NCBI RefSeq assembly: GCF_006345805.1
Contig: NC_043003.1
Span: forward strand, 31,682,001-31,746,000
Source: Octopus sinensis
Lineage: Eukaryota
Reading direction: 5' to 3'
DNA: 64,000 nt
Made by a program: the position numbers and the translations under genes. Position 1 is the stretch's first letter, and each line of letters begins with the position of its first letter. The notes beneath the pieces were generated by a model. It did no database searches, was not told where the DNA came from, and saw only the letters and a list, made by a program, of their open reading frames with translations. Of the stretch, positions 13,740-27,237 are shown piece by piece.

Positions 13740-14661
13740 GAGTGCTTGTGCAATTCATGAGAGAAGGGAAGGAGTCCACATCATCTCATCAAGATCAACC
13801 AGGCCCTCTGGCAGGACTCTACTCTTTGCTAAGAGAAGTATGGACGATAATCCTCGTTGTAAGACCTCTGACATAGCAGAAGTTGATGTCAGTCCCTGAA
13901 CAGCTGTCAGATATATCCCAAAACTTGGTTACTATGATAGAGAAGCCAAAAGGAAATACCCTTCTTCGACTAACCGACATCGAGCGGAGAATCAATTGGG
14001 CCAGGGAGATGGTGGAGAGCCAACTAGCATTTTGGAACGATGTCATATTCTCCAACGAGTCCAAATTTACTGTATTTCCTGACCGTGGTCGAGTGTGTGT
14101 CTGGAGACTCTGTGATAAAAAATTTGATGTGAAAAGATTGTAGCCAATAATCAAACAGTGCAGCTATTCTGTGATGGTTTGGAGAGCAATTGGGAGCAAT
14201 GTTTGATCAGAACTGGTGGAGTGTGAGGGAAACATAAACTCAGGGTCTTTCCAATCTTCTGCAATGGTGAAATGATTAAATACTTTTTAATTTATTTAAG
14301 CTGGGGCTCCTTGTCATACGGCTAAATTGACCCAAGATTTGTTGGATGAAAATAGCATTAAAAAGCCAGTCACCAGATATGAAACCTATTGAACACTTAA
14401 TAAAAAGAACCGGAAAGCATCTTCCAAGCCAGATCTTTCGAGATTACTGCATGAAACTTGGCAAGAAATTCCGTGAGGGGACATTACACATTTGATCAGT
14501 GACACGCCTAATAAGCTCCTTGCATTGAAAAATGCAAAGGGCATGTCTACTAAGTATTAAATATTCACGTTATAACAATTGATAAAAATTTGAATGTATC
14601 ATTTCAGATTTTGAATATTTTTAATGATTATAACAGTGTTTATCTACTTCTGTCATGCCTG
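13740..14661 (+). mobile_element. Degenerate Tc1-family transposon (transposase pseudogene plus right end)
   Basis: RINWAREM...WNDVIFSNESKF (first catalytic D region), SVMVWRAI, GAPCHTAK, QSPDMKPIEHL in shifting frames. The right end reads CAGGCATGACAGAAGTAG on the minus strand and is followed by TA at 14662-14663. No left TIR found. Confidence 0.85.
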
Positions 14662-15654
14662 TATACATACATGCATGCATACATATATACATACATACAT
14701 ACATACATGGATAGATGTTTGCTTTTATGTCATACATAAAAATTTAAAATTTAAGTGAAGGATTAGTGAAAACATTAGTGAATATAGTAGAGTACTAGCT
14801 GTTACAAGGAAAAGGTCAACAGATTAATAACCATATATAAATGTATGTGGATGTTTCTGTGTGCGTGTGAGTGTATATACGTATGGGTGGTCATGTTCAT
14901 GTTCCACTGTCTGACATTTTAAAATCTTTTGTTTACTTCACAATACCGTGGTAGTACATTTACAAAGAAAGGATAAAACAAGTTCCAGGTATAGACAAAA
15001 GTACTAGTGGTCGCTTTGATCAACTAAACCACTTCATGGTGGCGTCTCACTGACCTTTATCCAATGAGTGAGACAAGAAAATATATAGATATAAATTTGT
15101 TTAAAAAGTAAAATTACAAATCCCGAACTCAAATGTATACACACACACATACACATTCTCATGCGCATGTATATGTTGTCTTTTTTTGTGTACAAATATG
15201 TATTAGGAAAAATACCGTCTGAAGCACTTGTAGCAACTCGAAAATATTCTGAATCCATTCAGCCTAGTGATATTGTAGTATATTATTATTGTTCGTGTTA
15301 ATTTTGCTGTAATTCATTTTACATTTTATTTTATGAGAATATTTCTGTCCATCTATTCTATACTTAGTATTTACCTTTAGGAATAAACTTCATTAGTAAT
15401 AACACGGAAACTTATAAAAGTAATTCCATCTTGTTTTAATTACGACATGGATGTAGGAATAATTAATTTAATAATGGTAAGTGAAAAGTTCGCTGAGCCA
15501 TAAAATGTCGGGCAATATAATTTTAGTGTCTAAATATTACATTATGCTGTTCAAACATAATATTTAAATACTATTGATAATGTGTTTTCTATTATTTGGC
15601 AGACTTAAGTGTCGCACCTCGGGTGATATCTTTCATCAATATATGTATGTGTAT

Positions 15655-15705
15655 GGAGGCGCAATGGCCTAGTGGTTAGGGCACCGGACTCGCGGTCGGA
15701 GGATC
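15655..15705 (+). mobile_element. tRNA-derived SINE head, truncated
   Basis: GGAGGCGCAATGGCCTAGTGGTTAGGGCACCGGACTCGCGGTCGGAGGATC: A-box-containing tRNA-like 5' half; the sequence breaks off before a complete B box. Confidence 0.7.
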
Positions 15706-16272
<567 letters not shown>

Positions 16273-16356
16273 ATTCGAGACAAAACCACTATTTTAAAAC
16301 CAAACAATGAAAGACTTAATCAATACATAAAATTTTAATATAAATTAAATAAACCG

Positions 16357-16400
16357 CCGCTACAAATGTTTCATGTCTACTACCGACAATCTTCGGGTGG
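16357..16400 (-). ncRNA. Mutated copy of the PLE1 hammerhead ribozyme
   Basis: Minus strand CCAC-CCGAAGA-UUGUCGGUAGUAGACAU-GAAAC-AUUU-GUA-GCGG; U4>C and a stem I mismatch relative to the 20705 copy. Confidence 0.6.
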
Positions 16401-17015
16401 ATTTTCGATCTAAAATAGCAATATTTTAAAATATAATTTAAAATACTTTAAATTAATAAAACAATAAAATTATCAATGAAAGAATGTAAAAAAATAAAAA
16501 TATAATCTATATATAATCTATATATAATCTATATATAATCAATATATAATCTAAAATAATCTGAAATAAACCCTATAAACAATTGAATATAAAAACCTAT
16601 TATAAAAGTTCTCATATTTAAAAATGTACAAAAACCAAAAAACAACAAGCAAAAAAACAAAAACCAAAACCTAAAAAAAACCCCAAAAAAAACAAAAAAA
16701 CAAAAAACAAAAAACAAAAAATAAACTATATATACACACACATGCTCATACACTCAACACATTACTTATTCATACTTCCTCACACACACATACAACACTC
16801 AATTCATAAACAATATACATATACCCGCTCACACATACATATACATACACATACGTACAGAACACGATATATACCAATATATAAACACCCACACCTATAC
16901 AGATAAATAAATTACGCAAACAATCACACACACATTTTCACACATACATAAACACTCAAAAGAAAACCGAACAATTCTTAGCACGTGGATATCAAACATT
17001 TAAAAAAATTATGAT

Positions 17016-17655
17016 ACTAGAGATTGTTTTGATATACCTATGGGAGCACCAGATTCTGCACAAGCTACTGATTTAGTAGGTATTTATCTGTTATCTGAAC
17101 TCCAATTAGAAAATCTTAAGATAGAGGGTGGTTTATATAGAGATGATCTTCTACTAATTACAAAGAATTGTACTAAAAGGAATCTAGAAGTATATAAGAA
17201 AAAACTATATAGTTTCTTTAAAAGATATGGTTTAAGTATTACTATATATAAGGAGAATTATAATGTTAATTATCTAGATGTTAATTTTAATCTAATTACA
17301 GGTAAAACACAACCATATCATAAAATTAATGAGAACCTTAGGTATATAAATGTTAATAGTAATCACCCAAATTCTATTAAAAATTCGTTGATTAATAATA
17401 TAAGTAAACGTATTTCATTACTCTCTTATGATATAGAGATTTTTTAATAGACATGCCACTTATTATAATGAGGCCCTTAGAGGGGCAGGTTATAATAGGA
17501 ATATTAAATTTTATAATATTGATGATATAGATTTAAATAATTTTCGAGATAATTATAATAATAATTATAATTTTGTTGGTATTAGTGGTATAAATATTAG
17601 AAATTATAAAATTAAAAATAAAAATAAAAATAATAAAAATAAAAATAAAAATAAA

Positions 17656-17720
<65 letters not shown>

Positions 17721-18612
17721 TAATAAAAATAAAAATAAAAATAAATTGAATAATAATAATAATAATAATATGGATAAAATTAATAACATTAATAATTCCT
17801 TAAATGCTGTATATAGATATAATTCTGATAATAATTTTAATAATATGAAGAATTCTAAATTTAATAATTATAATACTGACAATTATAATAAGGTTAATAA
17901 GAATAAAATTTGGTTAATAGTCCCTTCTGGTGATCAAGTAAAAACGAATATTATCAAAGAGATTTTAGATATTATAGAACTATTTATTAGAGATAATCGT
18001 AAATATAAAAATATTTTCTCTAGTGATAATTTTGGAGTAGGTTATTCCACCACTTATAATGTAGGTAACATTATTTCTTCATTTAATAAATTTAAACTGA
18101 ATAATTTTTATAAAAATAAATTATTTGTTAATAATAATAAGGATAAGACATATATTAATTGTACTTGTAGAGATAAATCTAAATGTAACTTAAATAATAA
18201 ATGTGATATTAAAGATGTAGTGTATAAATGTATAGTTACATTACATGATAATAACTTTAAGAAGAATAATTACCCAAAAGCGGTTTATATAGGGTCTACT
18301 TCCGCTAAAATAAAATTAAGAATCGCACAACATATGAATTCTTTTAAAAATAAAAACTTAATCAACTCCACTGGACTTAGTAAGTACATTTGGAGAATTA
18401 AATCACAAAATTTTAATTATAGTTTAAATTGGGAAATAATTTGTAAAACTAAATCATATACTATAGGAGCGAATTGTTGTTATTTATGCTCTAATGAGTT
18501 TAAAGAAATTTTATTTTATAAGTATGATAATTTACTTAATATAGGTGAAGAGCGCAAAATAAAATGTAGACATAGATTACTTTACGTATATAATAGGTTC
18601 CATGATAAATAA
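17016..18612 (+). pseudogene. PLE1 RT (C-terminal part)/GIY-YIG endonuclease ORF with one frameshift
   Basis: FDIPMGAPDSAQATDLVGIYLL, YRDD, VNYLDV, YINVNSNHP. After an extra T in the T6 run at 17440-17445, the frame 17446-18612 is open: NRHATYYNEALRGAGY...CTCRDKSKCNLNNKC...VVYKC...YIGST...R..QH...CYLC. Confidence 0.92.
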
Positions 18613-20704
18613 AATTAATAGCCCCCATTATTTTAGGTTATTTTAGGTTAATTTGTTTTTAGTTTAGAGTACCAAGTATATATTTCTAGTTTTATAGTTT
18701 AGGCTTTAATTATAGTTAGTATTTAATTGGTAATTCTTTGTTTTGTATTTAATTAATATTTTATTGAGTGTGGGAATGAATAATAGTGTATATATCGAGT
18801 TTGTACGTATGTATATGTATGTGGGAGTGTGTATATGGTTATGTTTGTGGGTGTGTGTATATTTGTGTGTGTATTTGTGTGTATTGTGTATGAAAGGGGT
18901 TTTATCTTTATCTTTATATTTGTATGTATGGACTTCATTATCATGATTAGTTTAATAAGTATTTTGTATGTAGGTATGGGTGTGTATGTATGTGTGCGTG
19001 TGTACAAGTGTAAGTATAGATGCGGTAGTGTATGAGTGCTATGTAATTGAGTGTGATTATTTATGTACTTTTATACATGCAAGTTTTGAATGTCCGTGTG
19101 ATTGCACCCGTCTGCGTGTACACACTCATTTTTTTATATATATATTAATATCTATATGAGTTTTAGTTTTTTATGGTTTTTTTAAAGAATCTGTAGAAGG
19201 TTTTGTATATCCATTCATAATTTTTTAATTTACGTTTGTTTACTACGCGCTAAGAATTTTATATTCCATTCATAATTTTAAAGACGCTGTTTTACGCAGC
19301 GCTAATAATTTTTATATGTTCGGTTCCATGGTAACGCAATTTTTGTTTATTGTAATAACGGATAAAGTTATTCACTTCAAAATTTGATACTGATTAGAAG
19401 GTATGTCTATTTTTCTCCTTTGTTAATCTTGTTACTTATGATAATCTGATTTCTTATGGAGTATTTTATATATCGTATTATGTGTAGAGATGTTGTTTTC
19501 TTTTGTATGTTTATGTATGTGTGAATTTGTGTGCGTGTGCGTATTTGATTGTATCGAGTTTTGTACGTATTATTTGTATGTGTGAGTGTGTATATGGTTA
19601 TGTTTGTGGGTGTGTGTATATATGTGTGTGTATTTGTGTGTATTGTGTAATGGGTTGTATCTTTATATTTATACTTGTATGTATGGATTTTATTTATCAT
19701 GATTATTTTAATAAGAATTTTTGTATGTAGGTATGGGTGTGTATGTATGTGTGAGAGTGTACAAGTGTAAGTGTAGATGTGGGTGTGAATGAGTGCTATG
19801 TAATTGGGTGTGATTATTTATGCACTTGTATATATGTAGGTTTTGAATGTGCGTGTGATTGCACCCGTCTGCGTGTACACACTCTTTTATATATATATTA
19901 ATATATATGAGTTTTCGTTTTTCATGGTCGTATTGTTTGTATCGGGACTTGTACGTATGTATATGTATGTGTGAGTGTGTATATGGTTATGTTTGTGGGT
20001 GTGTGTATATATGTGTGTGTATTTATGTGTATTGTGTTAGGGTTTGTATAGTTATATTTATACTTGTATGTATGGATTTCATTTCCATTCATAATTTTTT
20101 TTAAATGTTTGATATCCACGTGCTAAGAATTGTTCGGTTTTCTTTTGAGTGTTTATGCATGTGTGAAAATGTGTGTGTGTGTGTGTGTGTGTGATTGTTT
20201 GCGTAATTTATTTATCTGTATGGGTGTGGGTGTTTATATATTGGTATATATCGTGTTCTGTATGTATGTGTATGTATATGTATGTGTGAGCGGGTATATG
20301 TATATTGTTTATGAATTGAGTGTTGTATGTGTGTGTGAGGAAGTATGAATAAGTAATGTGTTGAGTGTATGAGCATGTGTGTGTATATATAGTTTATTTT
20401 TTGTTTTTTTTTGTTTTTTGTTTTTTGTTTTTAGGTTTTTGTTTTTGTTTTTTTGCTTGTTGTTTTTTGGTTTTTGTACATTTTTAAATATGAGAACTTT
20501 TATAATAGGTTTTTATATTCAATTGTTTATAGGGTTTATTTTAGATTATTTTAGATTATATATTGATTATATATAGATTATATATAGATTATATATAGAT
20601 TATATTTTTATTTTTTTACATTCTTTCATTGATAATTTTATTGTTTTATTATTTTAAATTATTTTAAATTATATTTTAAAATATTGCTATTTTAGATCGA
20701 AAAT

Positions 20705-20748
20705 CCACCTGAAGATTGTCGGTAGCAGACATGAAACATTTGTAGTGG
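20705..20748 (+). ncRNA. Minimal type I hammerhead ribozyme in the PLE1 pseudo-LTR
   Basis: CCAC (stem I) - CUGAAGA - UGUC/GACA stem II - GAAA - C AUUU G (minimal stem III) - GUA cleavage triplet - GUGG (stem I). Confidence 0.8.
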
Positions 20749-21874
20749 CGGTTTATTTAATTTATATTAAAATTTTATGTATTGATTAAGTCTTTCCTTG
20801 TTTGGTTTTAAAATAGTGGTTTTGTCTCGAATTATATTATATAATATATTACTATAAAATTAGATTTAACCCTAAATCTGATTTTTCCCTGTAATTTTGG
20901 ATTCATTCCCTAATATTTATTATTATATATATATACACGTATACATATATCAACATTCGCACATATATAAAATATACATATCGATGTATATGCTATATGC
21001 ATGTGTACATCCATGTATACTATCGGCGAGACGCTGGATTATATATATGCATCATAATCCGAGAGTCCAGCCTTATGCGCCAATGATCAAAGAACATTTG
21101 ATCATTTGAATAACTAACCTAACATACCAGATATTCGTTTTAATATCTTCCATAAATTTTTCCAAAAACTCAACATTCGACAGCGTTTATATATGTATAT
21201 AGCACACTGTATTACGCATACAGTTTATTGGGGAATCTAAGTTGACGTACATTATGCTTTTATAGGTCCAACTAAAGATAATCATATTCCTTTCCCTATA
21301 AAGATATCTTTAAAAGAGAGCGAAAGATAATCATATCCCATTTTCATATAAAGGTATCTTCAGTAATCGATTACCTTACATCAGTATATATTTATTTATT
21401 AAAACCATCTTTTTTTTCTCTTTGACTTTCAGCTTTATTTATATACCAATTAACACACACACACACACGCACACATATATGTAGGTCATATAATGTTATG
21501 TGACCTAAATATCCTAAAATCAATCTTCCCAATTTTTTTCTGTATTTCTCCGGAAGTTTTCTATGAATTTTCATGAATATATTTCTGCGCTAATGTGAAT
21601 ATTATATATAAACAACGTGCGTAAATTAAATATATATTCTTGGCGCGGTCTAATACATGGCCCGAGGTGATTGATTCAATAGCGGAACTAATATCAAAAA
21701 GTGCATATATATATCTATTTATATATATATATGCACATGTATATGCACATATTTTAACATATATACAAGCATATATACACATATCTTTAGATATAACCAT
21801 GCATACATACATAAATAAACTTACACGTGTATAAGCGTGTACGCATATAGCATACACACACACACACGCACGCA

Positions 21875-21929
<55 letters not shown>

Positions 21930-23942
21930 GTATGTTTATGTGATTCTCTGTGCGGCTTAGTGTTCTCTGTGTCTGTGCATATTTACATAAGTATACATAT
22001 TTTGAAACAGAGCATTATAAGCTATGAGCTTTAGTTTGAACGATTTACACTACATTGTAAATCAAAGGAGCTCACTAAGTACATTTCATCGTTACTGATC
22101 GAGGATATGCTTTAGCACCCCTGTATACAATCATCAACGTTATAGGTACATAACGTACATACATACATATATACATACATACATGCACACATACATACAT
22201 ATGAAGAAGCATAGGCACATTATATATCATAATTTGGTGTGGATTAAGTACCCGAGTTCGTGGCCTTCTCAAACTCTATGAAGTTATATGGATACAATAT
22301 GAATATAATCCATTCATTTTGAACACATGAGAATTAACTATACCAGAATAACAAAGCAAGAGAAATTTTCAGTAAATAAAGACACTGCAAGCTGAGAAAA
22401 CTCTAGAATTTTCTCTCCCTGTATATTTATCTTGTATCTTGTGTCATTCATGAGTATTTGTACGAGACAAGAGGATCTTGTGGCTCAACAGAATATATCA
22501 GATTTTGCAAGCGCATGCTGGCCCAACTTAATCACATTTTATTTCGTGTTAATTCTGTTCTGACATGCAATTTCACAAAAAGAACTTCAGACATGTATCG
22601 ATGATATAGCACATATCTATCTCTGTTATTTCGGCATAACATTCGACCCTTATTTTGAAGCATCGGTCTGCGATGAGCGAGTATCTTGTTTATCAAGTTT
22701 ACTTTCTTCACCATGTATTTTAATTGAGTGTAATGTTTAGCGCAGGGCCTAGGAGTGTCGAGAAAAGAACTGATTTAAGTTTGCGAGCCATAGTGCAATG
22801 TGCATGAATGTAGTTGATTGGGATACTGTTTTACTCTCAGAATTTACTATAAAAAGTACGTAAGGCACATAGCATGGATGGATTATAGGTTGCAGTGTAT
22901 TGGTGAGCCAATTATGTATAGCAGTATAATTGTCTAAGCTGTTCGATTAGTGTTCCCTTGTGAGACTTACGTTAGATTTGTAGATACTAGCTCAGTATAT
23001 GTATAAACGTATTGTACATATACTATGTACAACGCAGCCTGAGAACTGAAATAAATGAATGTTACAAAAAAGCTCACGGATGACGTAACAAGACTTTCTT
23101 TCATGTTATATATATGTAGAGAGAAAGAAAAGAGTCTCCTTTGGATTATTTTCAGCGATATTCACTACTCCTAAGAAAAGACATCATCGGTTTCCTATCC
23201 AAATGAATAGCGTAGACCAGATGCTATATAAAACAGTCTTAAATTAAGCTAGGATAATGGTGGTTAACAAAATTTGCATGGTTTCCAATTTGATGGTTCG
23301 TTATAAGTTAAACAATATATAGTCCATGTATCACGCAGCATAAATAATGAGAAAGGAAATAGATTTAAATACTGTGCATTAGAAGTAAATTATACTTATA
23401 TTCATATTACTGGTAGACTGAGGCATTCTAACAGTGAAATCATTTCTTTTTGTTTTTGTTTTACGCTGCTTTGTGCCTAAAAGCTATCTTATTTAAGTAT
23501 TGAGGATTTGTGAAAAACAAGAGTGTGCAAATTAAGGTACGCAATAATGTACTAGCCTAATTCATGGTTAATTTGTATAGTAGATAAACGATACTATTGA
23601 TTGGAGAACTCTTACTTTTTTTCTGATAAGCAGTTAACAAACTGTGAAACAGTCTGTCAGCAGATACCCTGTGCCCAATTGCGGCCAACAGTAGCTTAGA
23701 AATAATGTGTTTGCCTCAAGAACGAGGCTTTGTAATGCGTATATATATATATACTTATACATACTGACACACGTGTACACACCCACACAAGCATGAATAT
23801 ACATTAAGAGCCACCCAGTCATAAAATAATTGTTTTCCATTTTATCCACAAGGTAAATGCTCAATATAAATCTGTTATTATTTTATAAGTTTGCAGTGGA
23901 CGTTGTAATTGCATGCTTGTCCACTGGACTATTTCCTCACAC

Positions 23943-24176
23943 CTAAATGCATTACGTTGTTGCCGATATTCTCAATCTCATTAATACCATTAGCTAACGT
24001 CAATGAAACGTAACTATTATTATTGACGAAATGTTTCTGCTTTCTGGACCATTTTACACACATAGGCGCACGCAAACATATTTCTATTAAAAGATTGTCA
24101 ATCGCTCTGCCGCAATAGATAACAGTTGTGTCTGTTGCATTCTTTGGATATTTATCTTTAAATGTGGTCAAAACCC
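23943..24176 (-). CDS. Candidate internal exon of an unidentified gene
   Basis: Acceptor TTCATTATTTTTACAG and donor AG|GTGTGA; 234 nt, phase 1-1, open frame (G)VLTTFKDKYPKNATDTTVIYCGRAIDNLLIEICLRAPMCVKW...NVMHL. No family recognised. Confidence 0.3.
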
Positions 24177-25899
24177 CTGTAAAAATAATGAACACGTGTC
24201 ATCAAGTAATGGCTAATAGTGAGGTCCATTGTTGATTCAGTTCAGATACATAATACCTTCACATACCGAGAGTGTAACGCTCCAGACGATTTGAAAGATT
24301 ATCATTTGAATTAATTGTGCAATGTCTATCCAGCGTGTAAGTTAATATCCGTATCCTTTGAGGAAATAATACATTTACAGAGATCTACTGAGGTAGCCAC
24401 ATTGAACGCTCTATTGCTAGAAATAGTAGTCATACAATAATCACAATGTTGCGCTTGTAAAACAAAAGAGGACATTTTATATTGTAATTGGACAATTTAA
24501 TCTGAGATAAGTTACGTCCAAATAAAATAGATTGTCATGGCCTTCTCACATATATCTGACTGGAGTTAAACCACATAACGTTTTCCTGTTCACAATTAGG
24601 TAAACTAAGCCATGGCAATGTAACGAGACACGAACAATTTTTATTAACCCTTTTGTACACATTTACATGTTGTATCATTATAGAACTAGCACATCGCTAG
24701 AAAGAGAAAGGGGAGATGGAGAGTGGCGTTAAAATGTCAGTGAGTTGATTGTGTATGGTTCAGTGATAGCAATTATTTACAACCCGCCGATCCTTCAGCG
24801 ACCACATTTCTACCGCTCTCTCGCCTGGTAATTATAAAATAATATACTAGATGATAGATACAAAGCAAATGTGCAAAATGCCTGTTATATTCTAGCAATC
24901 ACATTATTATCTGCTAATCAGTTTGTAATTATCGTAGAGAATCAACCATGTGTGTAATAATATTTTTGTCTTACTGGCGCCATTTAGTCGTTTCATTAAT
25001 CAACAGCAACATAAGTTGGTCTTTATTAACTGGAAAAATTACCATCCCAGCGCCAGTTCAACCGCTTCTATAATTATAATTAACAATTTACAGATTCAGT
25101 TTCCTAGTTTTGGAAAAAATATATTCCCTTGTAGGATGTATATAATTATCTATTTGTCTGTCTCTCAATAATACTTGCCCTTCATAAATGCAATTTCTCT
25201 TACACTTTCTTTCAGTTTCACTATTTTCTTTCTCTGTATTACCCTTATGATTAGTGTCTGTATTAGGCAAAATGGAAACTTACCAAAACCTATTGTGAGA
25301 AATCAATACGTATTCGTGAAACACAACCTTTGCCTAATTCTACAAAATCGAAGATGGTTCTGTACGACCTAACAACAAAGGTAGTTCATGAAACAAATAA
25401 ATTGACACAATTACAAAAATTTTGAATATAGTCATATTTATTTCCTGGCATAAGTGTTATCAAAATATGAGACATTAAACTGAAGAAATAATAAAGTAAT
25501 TAAAATATGATGAAAATAAATAAATCAAATGTTATGTAATATTATCGCTAATGATTAGAGTTGATATCTAGGAAGTAAACAGAAAGCAAGAGAGGGAAAA
25601 AACTGTCAACGACTGTCACATTAGGGTTAAATAAAACGTGACGTGAGCTTTGTGTCTATCTTGCTTGTGTCGATAAAACACAATTGTGCAGTCGATTAAT
25701 ACATGTTTATAGCCTAGCCAAAACGAATTTATCATGCGTGAAGCATCACACATACACACACACAAAGGCACACACATACACACACAAAGGCACACAAAGA
25801 CACACACAGACACACACACAAACAAACGCGCGCACGCATACAAATAACCAAATTTATGCCCGTTCTTCGTGGGTGAGCATGAACTATTTGCATTTGTCC

Positions 25900-26010
25900 T
25901 CCTAGTACTCAATTGAACATACCGGAGCAACAAGAAAACAAGAGACCTGTTCAAGAGTACAACGCGATTTTCTGGACTAGTTATCGAACCCACGGCCTCT
26001 AATTGCTAGG
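25900..26010 (-). mobile_element. Degenerate SINE fragment
   Basis: GGAGCAAC...TTCAAGAGTACAACGC...ATCGAACCCACG reads as a reverse-complemented B-box/SINE core. Confidence 0.45.
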
Positions 26011-26798
26011 TCACTAAACGAATATATAAATACATAATAACACGATTTTTGATAACTTATATTTTTATATTTCTCGTAGATATTTCTACCTTAGATATGT
26101 TTCATTGAACCTCTTAACTTTCTATTATTCAATCACATTGTTACGACTTTCATATTCTGGTTCAACTGCATATTTTTTTTTATTTCTCATATCTTATTAT
26201 ATACCTGTTTCAATTGCAGAAAAAACGGAAGGTGATGGAAATTGAAACGACAATACGCTGGCTCTCCTCGCTTAATTTGAATTGGAAACGTTTTCTGTTC
26301 TACCAAGTCAACGAGCGAATAAGCTCGTTAGCGTCAGTCTAGTGCATTCATTTGAAAATCAAAATATTATCGAAACAAAACAGAAAAAAACGTAAAATAA
26401 TTCTCTTCCTATTTATGAAAAATATAATTCTCTGATATGACATTTAAATTAACTTTCAGCTGCATACAACGCAATATTTTAAGAAAATGTAAAAAAAACA
26501 AAAACAATATGAGACTCACATATTAATTTATAGCACATCCATCCATCTATCCATCCATCTATCCATCCTTCCATACAACCATCTATCCATATGCACACAC
26601 ACACACCATGTGCGCACACAAACACACACACATATTATGTTTGACTTGGAATCAGTGTAGTGTCATTTCACAGGCGTTGGGAAGTATACGGTTTAGTGTG
26701 CAAATTTGTGACAAGAATTGTAAGTCTATCTTCAATTCATTGGATTTTTTCACTCCCTGTTTTTTGTTCACTCTCTCACACAAACATATATATGTGTA

Positions 26799-27168
26799 TA
26801 TGCACAACACACACTCAGTGACATTGAAATGGACGGCCAAAGTTCTTATAAAACCACAGGGGGTCCAGCAGACCAACGGAAATAACACTTCTTCACTCTC
26901 AGATATAAATGCGCACACACACACAACACACGCACACACACACACACACACACACATACACACATATTTTCTCTCTGTCTCACTTCCTCCTCACCCACTA
27001 CTACGAAACTATAAAAAGGTTCAAACTACCCACAACTGATTTGATTTGAAAACCCACTAGAATGGGAGCAAGCGCTAATCCGAATGATATGATATATATG
27101 TAAAAAATGTAATATATAAATAAATATCTACAAATATGAACCATCTGATCTGATTACCTCAATTTTTC
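26799..27168 (+). repeat. PLE2 5' pseudo-LTR
   Basis: Matches 31747-32117 except for the internal (CA)n and one visible substitution (CTGATTACC vs CTGAATACC). Confidence 0.95.
27010..27016 (+). promoter_or_regulatory. TATA box candidate in the PLE2 pLTR
   Basis: TATAAAA(AGG) about 50 nt upstream of an ATG at 27062. Confidence 0.45.
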
Positions 27169-27237
27169 TAATATATAATACCTGTACATCATCTCCAAAC
27201 CTTCCGATACATATATTTGGATGTACATGACATCAGA

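Noticed and set aside
15655-15705. tRNA gene (also 401-475, 36450-36526, 40748-40830)
   Set aside because: tRNA-like heads continue into SINE bodies or are truncated; no complete cloverleaf.
22532-22714. 60-aa minus-strand ORF (MVKKVNLINK...)
   Set aside because: Short, with similar-length open frames on the other strand and no homology recognised.
27062-27079. N-myristoylation signal MGASAN
   Set aside because: Gly2 is present but position 6 is Asn rather than the favoured Ser/Thr, and the start itself is hypothetical.
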